Below, one piece after another: positions 1-9,181 of a DNA stretch of 61,730 nt (within the stretch, counting starts at the first letter, position 1; the number at the start of each line of letters is the position of its first letter). Both the position numbers and the translations under genes were made by a program. The stretch is from the IMG/VR virus record IMGVR_UViG_3300042465_001781, positions 1 through 61,730 of that record; one strand, 5' to 3'. This DNA is from a virus. Taxonomy: Duplodnaviria; Caudoviricetes. The notes below the pieces were generated by a model. The model made no database searches. It was given only the letters and a program-made list of their open reading frames with translations, and had not been told where the DNA came from.

Positions 1-127
1 TCATCTCCTCCAACACAGCATTCGCTGTAAGCAAATCATCACTGACAAAAGTGGGCAGTGGGTTGTTTGTGCTGTATGCCCAAGACTCAAGTGCCGACAG
101 CAGCTTGAGAATGCGTAGTGCGTCTAG
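1..127. repeat. Terminal direct repeat copy 1 (identical to 61604-61730); probable assembly overlap of a circular contig
   Basis: Exact 127-bp identity. A minus-strand ORF (136->1, then 61603->61584; MTKLDALRILKLL...ILREEK, 51 aa) reads in frame across the join. Confidence 0.93.
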
Positions 128-132
128 TTTGG

Positions 133-309
133 TCATGCTTGCTCCTTCTTCATAAAATCTTCGCATTTGCGCTTCCAGCCCCAAGAATCCTTGAGCCAAT
201 ACACGGGCGCATAAAACCGTGGCTTGTGCAGCATCGCACAGTTCAAAACTGGCTTAGGCAGCGCCCGCATGGTGGCGTGCTTGCACTCGTCACAGTGCTG
301 CGTTTTCAT
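133..309 (-). CDS. Small Cys-containing hypothetical protein (MKTQHCDECKH...EQA), 58 aa
   Basis: Translated by hand; AGGGGACAAGC RBS upstream; ATGA stop/start overlap with the next gene. Confidence 0.6.
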   Translation of the reverse strand: MKTQHCDECKHATMRALPKPVLNCAMLHKPRFYAPVYWLKDSWGWKRKCEDFMKKEQA

Positions 310-469
310 GCTTGTCCCCTTTAATCTTTGTTGCCAGTACTCTGATGTACTCGCGGGCTTGTTCGGCAGGCACTTCTGAGTGGTAAAAGATCAGCGCAGC
401 TTCTACAAGCTGCTTGCTTTGGGGCGTGCTGGTAAACACCGCCCATAGGTAGTCTCGTTTTGCGCTCAT
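290..469 (-). CDS. Hypothetical protein (MSAKRDYLW...), 59 aa
   Basis: Translated by hand; ATGA overlap with the upstream gene. Confidence 0.5.
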   Translation of the reverse strand: MSAKRDYLWAVFTSTPQSKQLVEAALIFYHSEVPAEQAREYIRVLATKIKGDKHENAAL

Positions 470-693
470 GGTGCGTACCCGTCCGTGATGATTTTGTTCT
501 TGGCTTCTTCCAGCGCCCCGATCAGCGTGAGCCGGTCAGGGATAGAGGAGGTCTTGATCTTGAACTGCCCTCGGTCTTTCCAAAAGCACAGCACGATCAC
601 CGTGTCAGGGTTCTCGTCCAGCGCCTCGTGCAAGATCACTGCGGCTTGCTCTTTGTGATGATCGGTGATTGCCACGGGTGTTAACTTTGCCAT
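466..693 (-). CDS. Hypothetical protein (MAKLTPVAIT...)
   Basis: ORF track 466..801, start trimmed to the ATG at 693; packed operon context. Confidence 0.6.
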   Translation of the reverse strand: MAKLTPVAITDHHKEQAAVILHEALDENPDTVIVLCFWKDRGQFKIKTSSIPDRLTLIGALEEAKNKIITDGYAP

Positions 694-695
694 GC

Positions 696-833
696 TCAAT
701 ACCCCCATCGAATACGGAAGCACACAAGGTAAAGGTGCAGCACAAATTCGTTGCCGCTGCTCACAAACCCTATGGCAAAGCACGGCCACTTGCGGGGCCA
801 AAACTCTGTTGTCAGGCGTAGGCTTTTTCTCAT
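696..833 (-). CDS. Small hypothetical protein (MRKSLRLTTEFW...), 45 aa
   Basis: Translated by hand; TGATG overlap with the upstream gene. Confidence 0.5.
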   Translation of the reverse strand: MRKSLRLTTEFWPRKWPCFAIGFVSSGNEFVLHLYLVCFRIRWGY

Positions 834-1102
834 CACTCTTCCCCCGTCAGGTTTCTAATCCCATCTTGCAGGCCAACTATTTGCTCGGCGCGGGTGACGA
901 GTATCTTGTGCAGCGTGTCGATCTCTGTGTGCAGGGCGGCAATTTCTGCACCCATACGCTGCATCTCCTCAACCAGCACAGCCTCGGTGTTGTAGTCTGG
1001 TTTGAATTGGTCAGGTTGCTGAGGTGTCCAAGGGCACATGCAGCCCGGCAATATGCTGCCGTGCATACCTTTAACCATTCCGCAATTGGGGCAGGTGTTC
1101 AT
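833..1102 (-). CDS. Hypothetical protein, N-terminal CxxC plus coiled coil
   Basis: ORF track; overlapping start and stop codons. Confidence 0.65.
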   Translation of the reverse strand: MNTCPNCGMVKGMHGSILPGCMCPWTPQQPDQFKPDYNTEAVLVEEMQRMGAEIAALHTEIDTLHKILVTRAEQIVGLQDGIRNLTGEE

Positions 1103-1251
1103 TTCTCTGTCTCCTGTTGTGGGAAGTAGCTCGTTATAAAACGCACAGATGTGTCACCATCTTTGACCAGCACCACCAGCGTGGCAGCGGTCAGATCGCT
1201 TCCATACACACTACGCAGCGCCTCCCAGACTTTTTGCATTTCGTTGTTCAT
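1099..1251 (-). CDS. Hypothetical protein (MNNEMQKVWE...)
   Basis: ORF track trimmed to the ATG overlapping the upstream stop. Confidence 0.55.
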   Translation of the reverse strand: MNNEMQKVWEALRSVYGSDLTAATLVVLVKDGDTSVRFITSYFPQQETEK

Positions 1252-1508
1252 ATCAGCAAGCTCCAAATCCAAACGCCAGTAAAGAACAGCGCCAAGCAGA
1301 TCACCGCCAGCACCCCCATAATGGCAGTCAGCATCACCGTGCCAACTGTCTGCCATGCCTCGGGCACAGGCTTGATGTCATCGGGCACGATGGGGTACGC
1401 CTTGATCTTGCGGCGCTCGACAACAGCGGTGTCGTACTTGCAGTCCCAGATGCACTCGGGCAAGTGCGGGCAGTCGATGCGGCCCGTGTCGCAGTAGCGT
1501 TTTGTCAT
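1248..1508 (-). CDS. Hypothetical protein with Cys-rich N-terminus and C-terminal transmembrane helix
   Basis: ORF track; hydrophobic C-terminus. Confidence 0.65.
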   Translation of the reverse strand: MTKRYCDTGRIDCPHLPECIWDCKYDTAVVERRKIKAYPIVPDDIKPVPEAWQTVGTVMLTAIMGVLAVICLALFFTGVWIWSLLI

Positions 1509-1705
1509 TTTGTCCTCGCTTTCAGCATGGCGTCTGCTTGTGCGTATGCAAAATTGGCGATCTCATTTGGCATGTACTTCCAATCAGCCACCTCCAAAAT
1601 CAAAGCCTCCATCGCCTTGGCCGCAAAGTAATCGCGCAGGGTCATGCCTACATTGCAGCAGTCTCTGTCCAGCGGAAACGCTGGTCCGCCTGTTTCGTCA
1701 ATCAT
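1505..1705 (-). CDS. Conserved phage hypothetical protein (GGPAFP...GMTLRDYFAAKAM family)
   Basis: Resembles a widespread small phage protein motif; RBS upstream. Confidence 0.75.
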   Translation of the reverse strand: MIDETGGPAFPLDRDCCNVGMTLRDYFAAKAMEALILEVADWKYMPNEIANFAYAQADAMLKARTK

Positions 1706-1716
1706 GCTTTTTCTCC

Positions 1717-1866
1717 TTACTTGAACCAAAGGTAGACACCGTGCAGGATGCCAATAGGGAACATGATTGCCCCCGCCACCAAGAACCCCCACAGTCCCTG
1801 CCCAAAGCAAGTGAAGATGTGCGTAAGCCATGCGATACAACATGCAATCCAAATCAAATCAATCAT
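1717..1866 (-). CDS. Small membrane protein (MIDLIWIACC...), 49 aa
   Basis: Translated by hand; strongly hydrophobic; ATGA overlap. Confidence 0.55.
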   Translation of the reverse strand: MIDLIWIACCIAWLTHIFTCFGQGLWGFLVAGAIMFPIGILHGVYLWFK

Positions 1867-2084
1867 GTCGTCTCCTTAACTTCTTCGGTGGTAGTCACAG
1901 CCATGTACGCCTTCAAACGCTTGACGCGATTCTTGTTGTAGGTCACCAATGCTTGGGCATACTCGACACCCGTCTCTGCGCGTAGCAGTGCCATCTCAGC
2001 CTCGGCAAGCTCCCACACAATGGCTTGCGCTGGTGTCACCGACTTGAGCATCAACTTTAATTCGTTCCATATTTCTCTAATCAT
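1863..2084 (-). CDS. Hypothetical protein
   Basis: ORF track; RBS and overlaps. Confidence 0.7.
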   Translation of the reverse strand: MIREIWNELKLMLKSVTPAQAIVWELAEAEMALLRAETGVEYAQALVTYNKNRVKRLKAYMAVTTTEEVKETT

Positions 2085-2293
2085 TTCTTTTCCTTGGTTA
2101 ACCTACGGAACCTAGCGATGTTGTTCTTTATCGCTCTCGGCTCATCCACGTTTCTAGTGAGGAACTGAGGCTCTGATATGCCATCGATCATCACCTTGTA
2201 ATGGGAACCCCCACGGGGCTCCACACTCACTACACAAAACCCAGCCTTCGCGTACTCGCTGAACTGCTTTCTTAGTTGTACTGAAACTTCCAT
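2081..2293 (-). CDS. Hypothetical protein (possibly HicA-like fold, GGSHYK)
   Basis: ORF track; a GSH motif in a 70-aa basic protein is only weakly suggestive. Confidence 0.55.
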   Translation of the reverse strand: MEVSVQLRKQFSEYAKAGFCVVSVEPRGGSHYKVMIDGISEPQFLTRNVDEPRAIKNNIARFRRLTKEKK

Positions 2294-2310
2294 AGCATCC
2301 CTAACAGTTG

Positions 2311-3168
2311 TTAGCTATGCGGCTCATCAAGAACCACGACGAACGCATTCACGCTGACTCGACAACCTATGCCAGTTACCACTTGCTCATTCTCAACAAG
2401 TTTCAACAAACCCAGCTTGCCGCGAATGTGTTCAGGGAGCGTATTATCATCGTAGAGTTGTACATTGTCACCTGTCTTAACGACATAATTTTTATCAACT
2501 ACGATAACCATAGACACTTTATTGTGGTCAAACGCATCCTTGACCCCCTCCACAGTCAGCATCTCAGTCTTGAGAACGTCGTTGTCCTGCATCAGTGCGA
2601 TGGTTGGGCTATCGTGCTGCTGCGTTAGATGCAAGGCGAACTGCACTGCCCCTGCGCCTCTAGCAAACTCAACCATCTTTGCGTTGATGCTGTAGTCGTT
2701 CCGCTCGATAGTCCGTCGCTTGTTCCTGACGGCAAGATCAAGAATCACAGCGGCTTTGTGTTCAGACGCATTCAGGTGCTCCTGTGCATCAGGTTTGCCG
2801 AACATCTTCTTGATAGTCTGCAACGCCTTCTTCGGGTCTGATGTGAACATCTCATTGCTACGCTCCATCTTCTTGCCTATGCGGTCGTTGCTTATGCAGA
2901 ACCCATCCTTGCCACGGTTGTAGCCATAGGAGATAGTGCCGAGGTCAACCCCATCGTGAGTCACCCTGAACTTAATGACGGTGATCTGTTCCCGATAGCT
3001 GCTTGTTTGCCAATTGTGGGTAGTGAAAGTCCACAGCGGGTTGGATGCAGCTACGCTGACAATAAGATCGTTCAACCCCACGCTCTTTGTACTCATGGTG
3101 TAGTCGGGGTGTTGCTTGCGACACTCGTCACTGACCACTACGTTCGTCATGCTAAATAGATTACTCAT
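2311..3168 (-). CDS. Hypothetical early protein, 285 aa
   Basis: Long ORF with AGGAG RBS. Confidence 0.8.
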   Translation of the reverse strand: MSNLFSMTNVVVSDECRKQHPDYTMSTKSVGLNDLIVSVAASNPLWTFTTHNWQTSSYREQITVIKFRVTHDGVDLGTISYGYNRGKDGFCISNDRIGKKMERSNEMFTSDPKKALQTIKKMFGKPDAQEHLNASEHKAAVILDLAVRNKRRTIERNDYSINAKMVEFARGAGAVQFALHLTQQHDSPTIALMQDNDVLKTEMLTVEGVKDAFDHNKVSMVIVVDKNYVVKTGDNVQLYDDNTLPEHIRGKLGLLKLVENEQVVTGIGCRVSVNAFVVVLDEPHS

Positions 3169-3198
3169 TCTTCGTTACTCCTAACAATTGTTAATTCA

Positions 3199-4053
3199 TC
3201 ACCACTGGAACTTGCCAAGAATCGCATCGACCTTGGCCTTGACTTCCTCGCGCACCACTGCGCTCTCCTTGATGGACTCGATGTTCGCGCACAGCATGGC
3301 CGACTCCAACTGCCGACGTGCTTCCTCCAGCTTGGGGTCGTTGGTCACGTTCATCTTGCCAAGCAACTCGCACAACTCAAGCGGGTTGGTAATCAGCGAA
3401 TCGAAGTACCGCTTCTTCTCGTCGTCACCTTCCTTGTCGGTGAGCTTCTCAGAGATACCCACCAGCATGGTGTGCAGTCGGTCCCACGGCGCTTTCATCG
3501 CGTCGGCGAGCCGGTCGGTGTGCTGCTTCTCGTATGAGACACGCAACTCTTCCAAGTCGGTAGCCGACACATCCAAGCGGAAGTCACCCGACTCAGGGAT
3601 AGGGTCGATAGCCCTGCGGAACCCGAACTTCTGCCGCACTGCATCAAGCTCAGGGTAGTCGTCTGCTCGGTACATCGTGCCCAAGTTACTGGGTGCTTCA
3701 GCAACCAGACGCGGATACTCAACGAAGAAGTTGTCGCACATGAACTCGAACGTCTGCTCGTACCCGTTCATCGTCTGCTTGTACTCCATGAACAACTTAG
3801 TCGGCAACAGGCGCTGACCCTTGTCTGCCCACGGTAATGTGTGCGTGTTGTGGTACAGGCGAACTCGCGCTGCGAACTTCTCGATGTCCTTGCGTAAGGA
3901 CGTACCCGCGAACAAATTCTTCTTGGTCTGCGATGCGTCACGCACTGCTGATGCTCCCGTATTGACTTGCTCAGTCATCTCCCGGTCGATCTTGCTGGCG
4001 GGCCAGACGCTGATGTTCAACTCAACTAACACTGCTGATGCGCTAATACTCAT
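3199..4053 (-). CDS. DUF3150-like helical protein, often found with phage AAA+/VWA modules
   Basis: 284-aa ORF (TLPWAD..RLLP motif); synteny. Confidence 0.6.
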   Translation of the reverse strand: MSISASAVLVELNISVWPASKIDREMTEQVNTGASAVRDASQTKKNLFAGTSLRKDIEKFAARVRLYHNTHTLPWADKGQRLLPTKLFMEYKQTMNGYEQTFEFMCDNFFVEYPRLVAEAPSNLGTMYRADDYPELDAVRQKFGFRRAIDPIPESGDFRLDVSATDLEELRVSYEKQHTDRLADAMKAPWDRLHTMLVGISEKLTDKEGDDEKKRYFDSLITNPLELCELLGKMNVTNDPKLEEARRQLESAMLCANIESIKESAVVREEVKAKVDAILGKFQW

Positions 4054-4054
4054 T

Positions 4055-4273
4055 TCATTTCTCCGTTAAAAGTTTAATAAATCCCATCGCCGCCACCTGA
4101 GCTTCATCTTGCGTGGCGTACTCAACCCCTACAGGTATTGCCCTGTAGTTAACAAATACAATCGCCCCAAACCCATCTCCACGGGGCCTAACTTTTGCCA
4201 TAAACTCCCAATCCAACCCAGTCTTTGAACGTACGTAAAAATCCTTAGCGGCGTCGTTGCCTACCCAGCCCAT
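4055..4273 (-). CDS. Hypothetical protein ending MGFIKLLTEK
   Basis: ORF track. Confidence 0.7.
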   Translation of the reverse strand: MGWVGNDAAKDFYVRSKTGLDWEFMAKVRPRGDGFGAIVFVNYRAIPVGVEYATQDEAQVAAMGFIKLLTEK

Positions 4274-4274
4274 G

Positions 4275-4514
4275 TCATTTCTCCATTAAAAGTTTGATAA
4301 ACCCCAGTGCTGTCTGTCGGCCCATAACAACTGTTAGGGTCTTCGTAGCTAGGTGTGGTGTACTGTGATCGTCCTCCACCACAGCCCACCTATTGCCACC
4401 CACGTTCACTATCCCGTACTTCCGTATGGGAGTCCTCAAGTCCCTAAAGTCATCAATCGGGTCGTAGTCGTACTGCCAGATGATGCTGCTGTATGAAAAG
4501 TATTCGGACGCCAT
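4275..4514 (-). CDS. Hypothetical protein ending LGFIKLLMEK
   Basis: ORF track. Confidence 0.7.
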   Translation of the reverse strand: MASEYFSYSSIIWQYDYDPIDDFRDLRTPIRKYGIVNVGGNRWAVVEDDHSTPHLATKTLTVVMGRQTALGFIKLLMEK

Positions 4515-4515
4515 T

Positions 4516-4764
4516 TCATTTCCCCCCTAAAAGTTTCATGTAGTTCTTCATCTCTCGCTCATTCAATCGCCCTACCAACTGCCAACCATATCTATCGTAA
4601 ATAGTCCACTTCCCATGCTTGCGTCTGGCGTAGTGGTAGGTCTTGCCCTCGCCGTCCATAATCATTTCGTAAATGCTCTTGCCCTGCACACGGATAGAAG
4701 CCGCAAGATTTTTTACGTAGTGGTCGCTAATGTCCTTGAACACTTCTTCTTGTAAGCTACCCAT
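4516..4764 (-). CDS. Hypothetical protein ending YMKLLGGK
   Basis: ORF track trimmed to the ATG at 4764 after GGAGG. Confidence 0.65.
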   Translation of the reverse strand: MGSLQEEVFKDISDHYVKNLAASIRVQGKSIYEMIMDGEGKTYHYARRKHGKWTIYDRYGWQLVGRLNEREMKNYMKLLGGK

Positions 4765-4765
4765 A

Positions 4766-4987
4766 TCAATCCTCCGGCTTGCCCGCCAACTTCGCCATGC
4801 TATAAAGCTCGTTGCCAATCATCTTCGCGTCAAATGTTGAGTCGTTCGGCCACACATGGTGAGTGCTCTCGTTGCCCGAACGATATTTGTGTACGTACCG
4901 CTCGGCCTTCTCAAGAATCTCCAGCACCTGCACCGCGTCCTTAGTCGGCATCACATAGTTGGCATATCCCAATTGGACAATCATCAT
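4766..4987 (-). CDS. Hypothetical protein (MMIVQLGYAN...)
   Basis: ORF track trimmed; AAGGGG RBS. Confidence 0.65.
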   Translation of the reverse strand: MMIVQLGYANYVMPTKDAVQVLEILEKAERYVHKYRSGNESTHHVWPNDSTFDAKMIGNELYSMAKLAGKPED

Positions 4988-5024
4988 TTCTTTCCCCTTA
5001 ACAATTGTTAGCCTGTCGGCTGCA

Positions 5025-6272
5025 TTAGTCACGAACGTGGATGGTCTTGCCATGCTCAGCCACCATGTCACCGCCACCGACGATGGCCCAAAGAATCGGC
5101 GCAGTCCAGTCGCTACCCCAATCACTACCGACATACCCATCGGTGAGAACGATGATGCACTCAGGCTGAATGCCCTCTTCCTTGAGATACCTAGAGACAC
5201 AACTTGGGCTCGTGCCTCCGCCGCCTCGTGGCTTCGTTGAGTCGATGATGTTCGCCACATCCGCATCAGTGTATTTTTCATGTGCTGCTACCTCACAGTC
5301 CCAATAAATCAAGTCGATCACGTCAGGGTTAACTTCCTCGGCCACGCCCTTCACTTCGGACAGGAACTCAGCTATCTGCTGACCGCCTATGGAGCCTGAC
5401 GTATCCACAGCGATGACAACATGGCCCACCTTCTCACCGATCAAGCTAGGCATGTAGATGCCAGTCGAAAGATGCCGACGATTAGGCCGACGCCACGATG
5501 ACGCATCCTTGGCTCTGCACGTAGCCTTAACGAACTCACGCAGCACCTCACGCCAGTTGACCCTCGGCTCCATCAACTCGGCAAGCTCTCGGTCCATACC
5601 ACCAGCGCTGCCACCTGCACGCTTGTCAGCCATCAAGCCCTGACGAATTGCTTGGTCGATGTCACGCTCAAGCTCCTTGGCTTCGGCCTCGGTCATGTTC
5701 TTAGCGCCTTCCCAGTCGTGCTCGTCAAGCCCACCATCACCACCTTCGCCGCTCCCATCGCTAGGCTCACCGCCTTCGCCGTCACCGTTACCACCACCGT
5801 TACCCTTGTCTTTCTGCTCCTGCTTGAGCAGGTCAAACACTTGTTTGGTGTTCATGCCGCGATACTTCTCATCGACCAGACCGATCTGCTTGCCGATGTT
5901 TGGACCCTCACGGAAGACAGGCATTGCGATGATCGAACCAGCCGGATCAAGGTCTTTGAGCATCAGGTTAATAACGTAGTCACAAGCCTGATTGGCAAGC
6001 TGATGATTCTCATCGTGCAGCTTCTTCCACGTAGTCAGGTGGCGATACATCTTGTGCGATGCTTCATGCGCGATAAGAAACGCTAACTCTGTGTCTCTTA
6101 GCTTAGCCACAAATCCACGGCCATACACCTCGTCACGTCCGTTAGTCTTAGCAGTCGGCGTAGTCTCATCGACTCGCGTTGTGCCTACCATCAACACACC
6201 AGACAGCAGTGCGAACTTGGGGCTGCGCATCAAACTGATCTTGGCTTTCTGTACTCGTCGTTCTTCTAACAT
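5025..6272 (-). CDS. Metallopeptidase-like plus VWA domain protein (DUF2201-like)
   Basis: HEASH (HExxH), acidic/Gly linker, MIDAS DTSGS, GGGT and TDGY motifs. Confidence 0.88.
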   Translation of the reverse strand: MLEERRVQKAKISLMRSPKFALLSGVLMVGTTRVDETTPTAKTNGRDEVYGRGFVAKLRDTELAFLIAHEASHKMYRHLTTWKKLHDENHQLANQACDYVINLMLKDLDPAGSIIAMPVFREGPNIGKQIGLVDEKYRGMNTKQVFDLLKQEQKDKGNGGGNGDGEGGEPSDGSGEGGDGGLDEHDWEGAKNMTEAEAKELERDIDQAIRQGLMADKRAGGSAGGMDRELAELMEPRVNWREVLREFVKATCRAKDASSWRRPNRRHLSTGIYMPSLIGEKVGHVVIAVDTSGSIGGQQIAEFLSEVKGVAEEVNPDVIDLIYWDCEVAAHEKYTDADVANIIDSTKPRGGGGTSPSCVSRYLKEEGIQPECIIVLTDGYVGSDWGSDWTAPILWAIVGGGDMVAEHGKTIHVRD

Positions 6273-6283
6273 TTGTTAGCTCC

Positions 6284-6631
6284 TTAAATTTTTCTATGTT
6301 GATACATGGCTTTAGTGAAAGCCTTAATCTCTTCCTGCCTCGCCGCGAACTTATCCTTAGCCATGCCTAGCAATAGGCGCAGCATCCCCGTCACCTCCTT
6401 CACATCGGTGTACTCACCTAGTACGTTCCTGTCAGGAGTAGCAAGAGCGGTATTTCTATTGCCCCACTCGATGATTGTGAATCTGACAACACCCCCTCCG
6501 AACATGCTCCGCTCAAGCACTACTTGAATGCTTGAGTTGGGTGTCGCGTACGTACTTAGTTGTTTCTGCAAGTACTCGACCTCCTCAAGCCCCAAGGGCC
6601 ATTGCTCTTTGGCTATCGGTGCGTATAACAT
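6284..6631 (-). CDS. Hypothetical protein
   Basis: ORF track. Confidence 0.7.
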   Translation of the reverse strand: MLYAPIAKEQWPLGLEEVEYLQKQLSTYATPNSSIQVVLERSMFGGGVVRFTIIEWGNRNTALATPDRNVLGEYTDVKEVTGMLRLLLGMAKDKFAARQEEIKAFTKAMYQHRKI

Positions 6632-6742
6632 TTGTTAGGCTCCACGTGATTCGTTTGTCCATGCGCTTGCGCTTGGTCCAGTAAGGCAACGCCCACTCCA
6701 CGTTGCTCTCCACTACGATCAACCGCCCGTTAAAAAAGACTC

Positions 6743-7807
6743 TCACAGCAGGTCTTGGTTCTTAGCAACCCACCCTGCGAACGCCTTGCTTGAGAACGCA
6801 ATGCTCTGCTTGCTCGTAGTCTTCGCCACGTTGATGGCAAACACCGCCTGCCACTCGGCCTCGAACCGCTCCAGATACTCCATGAACGGCGCGATGGTGT
6901 CCTTAGTGATACGCGATATCGCACCGAACACAACGATGGCACACGCGCCCGGACTTGTCGGTACTTTCGTACCCTTTGGGTCTTTGATGGTGTCGTCCCA
7001 CGTTGGGAGTTGGTCGGCGAACTCGATGTACGCCTGCATATCACGCGCACCGCTCTCGCCCAGTGCACCAGTCAACGCCGCGATCACTGCATCTGAGTCG
7101 TTAACCGCACGGGTCTTGACGATGTTCGATGCCGTCTCCAATGACCGTGGACTAACAAATGCTAGTTGGTTGCGCTTGGGGTTGTAGATGTACGGGTTGT
7201 CGGCCTGTGCTGCATCGGTGTAGCTTGCCAGTACGTGCGGATACTGGCTCACCCACGCACACACCTCGGGCGCTACGTCCTTACTGATAGCCCAGCTAAT
7301 CCACTGCTCAGCGTCTGGCTTCTGAATAGTCACCGGAACCAGTCGGTTGCGACTGTGCGCCTTCAAGCTATCGCCCACGCCGTCAGTGCTCAAGTTGCCC
7401 GTCAAAAACACAATATTCTGCTCGTGCAGTGAAATGTCACCCAGCCGTGGATTGGCCTTCTCAAGCATGGGGTGCAGCATGTTCTTCACTGGCTCAGCGC
7501 CTTTGGTGAACTCGTCGAGCATGATGACCAGTGGTTTCTTCTCGTGAATCTTGAACCGAGCGTTCGGGTAGTAGCGCGTGGTCTTGGTGTCGTGATCGAT
7601 CACCGGCATTGCAATGTCACCCAAGTCCATATTGGGTACGTCGATATAGGCATGGTCGAAGCCTAAGTCACCAGCGATCTGCTCTAACAGTGAAGACTTG
7701 CCGATGCCGGGCTCGCCTTGCAATAAGAACCGCAGGGTTGGGTTGGTGCGGATAAGAACACCCGCTTGCTTCAATGTCACCGACTTGCCAAACTTGATCT
7801 CAGCCAT
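6743..7807 (-). CDS. MoxR-like AAA+ ATPase
   Basis: Walker A GEPGIGKS, Walker B IMLDE, TGN sensor, SPRS; AGGAG RBS before MAEIKF. Confidence 0.9.
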   Translation of the reverse strand: MAEIKFGKSVTLKQAGVLIRTNPTLRFLLQGEPGIGKSSLLEQIAGDLGFDHAYIDVPNMDLGDIAMPVIDHDTKTTRYYPNARFKIHEKKPLVIMLDEFTKGAEPVKNMLHPMLEKANPRLGDISLHEQNIVFLTGNLSTDGVGDSLKAHSRNRLVPVTIQKPDAEQWISWAISKDVAPEVCAWVSQYPHVLASYTDAAQADNPYIYNPKRNQLAFVSPRSLETASNIVKTRAVNDSDAVIAALTGALGESGARDMQAYIEFADQLPTWDDTIKDPKGTKVPTSPGACAIVVFGAISRITKDTIAPFMEYLERFEAEWQAVFAINVAKTTSKQSIAFSSKAFAGWVAKNQDLL

Positions 7808-7901
7808 CTGATTACTCCTAATTGCGCCTAACATTTGTTAGGACTTTACTAACACACAAAAAAATAAAAACACTCGGACACATCTAACCTACTCAACTTA
7901 T

Positions 7902-7930
7902 ATTATAACACATTGTTACACCTAGATCAA
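7902..7930 (-). promoter_or_regulatory. Sigma70-type early promoter TTGATC-17-TATAAT
   Basis: Perfect -10, 17-bp spacer, intergenic; near-duplicate of the promoter at 10330. Confidence 0.8.
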
Positions 7931-7990
7931 TAGGAGGTCTCATTTCTAGTCATCGCCGATGACTAAGTGGTAACAATTGTTAGCGCTCTT

Positions 7991-9019
7991 TTATGCCAGT
8001 TCTTCGTACGCGCTCTTTAGCCAACTCATGTACTTGCGCGAACCCAACTCACCGAGGGGCAAGTCCACCCGCCGTATCGCCTCGTCGCTGTGCCACTTGT
8101 ACAGAACCTCCAGCATGTTCTTGCGTATGGCTACGGCTGAACATGCGATATTGCCACCCTGTGTCCGTTGCTGAACGCCTGACAGTGCACACATTAGCAT
8201 GAACGCCCCATAAAAAGAGGTGTGCTGCTTGTCGCTCGTGTCCGATATAAGGGCGATGAACTTAGTCACCGCGAACGAATAGTCGTTCCTGCTTCTGTCG
8301 TCCAAGCAACGGGCGAACTGATACACGCTACGGGGTGAGTTAATCGTTATCTCCATACCACCAGCTACGCTCTGCACTAATTCCCCCTCGGTGAACTTCA
8401 CTATCTCGCTGCCGTTGGCTTGGCCCCAATACCGCCCGTCAGCCTTCTCCTTGCGCAGTGCCACCATGCTGCCAAAGTACTTGATGAACTCGGCATAGCG
8501 TCGGCGAATTGCACTCGTGCCTGTTCGGTTAATCTCCAGCCTGTACTGCGGCTCACCATTGAGCACCTCGTACTGCCAGTATCTATTCCTGCGCATGAGC
8601 AGGGAAGTGGAATCCAAACTGTTTGAGCCCCGTGGGATTTCAAACCTGCCGTTGGCTGCGTGCAGCACCGTTGCCCCCTCGTGAGTGCTGACGCTAACAT
8701 TTGTTAGCCTACGAATGAACGCATGGGTGCTCTGTGTCACATACCCACCATCACGCACCGCTACAACGCCGTCGAACCTGAACCTAACCACGGTTGTGTT
8801 GTACAGCACGCAGTTGTATGACGGCTTGCACTCTCCATCGCTGCCGCCCTTGTCGTTCATCCAATGGCTCTTCGTTATGCTGAACCTATTAATGTCCCTG
8901 CGCTCACCCAGCGGTTTGCTGTGCTCACTGCGCCCACGGATGTGCTTAGTGTTCTCAAAGAACTTCTCTGCTGCGGCGTAGTCGGCGATAGTCGCCATTC
9001 TGTCTGTTGCTTTGCTCAT
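7991..9019 (-). CDS. Hypothetical early protein, 342 aa
   Basis: Long ORF with GGAG RBS. Confidence 0.8.
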   Translation of the reverse strand: MSKATDRMATIADYAAAEKFFENTKHIRGRSEHSKPLGERRDINRFSITKSHWMNDKGGSDGECKPSYNCVLYNTTVVRFRFDGVVAVRDGGYVTQSTHAFIRRLTNVSVSTHEGATVLHAANGRFEIPRGSNSLDSTSLLMRRNRYWQYEVLNGEPQYRLEINRTGTSAIRRRYAEFIKYFGSMVALRKEKADGRYWGQANGSEIVKFTEGELVQSVAGGMEITINSPRSVYQFARCLDDRSRNDYSFAVTKFIALISDTSDKQHTSFYGAFMLMCALSGVQQRTQGGNIACSAVAIRKNMLEVLYKWHSDEAIRRVDLPLGELGSRKYMSWLKSAYEELA

Positions 9020-9031
9020 TTCATTCTCCCT

Positions 9032-9181
9032 TTATGCCATCTCGTATATCTTCACTCTCTTGAGGCTCGGGTATAGGCAGACGAACTTCTCCTTGGCCGT
9101 CACCCTGCTGCGTGCCTCAACCATGTCGGTCTCCCAGCGCTTGAACCGCGCACTCCAGCCGACTACTGCGTATCGCTTCAT
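9032..9181 (-). CDS. Small hypothetical protein (MKRYAVVGW...), 49 aa
   Basis: Translated by hand; ATGA overlap. Confidence 0.55.
   Translation of the reverse strand: MKRYAVVGWSARFKRWETDMVEARSRVTAKEKFVCLYPSLKRVKIYEMA

Noticed and set aside
1-127. 127-bp terminal repeat as a biological direct terminal repeat
   Set aside because: It falls inside an ORF that reads through the join, and its length equals a common assembler k-mer; best read as circular overlap
7947-7965. Hairpin AGTCATC-GCC-GATGACT as a terminator
   Set aside because: No U-tract on either strand; function unsupported
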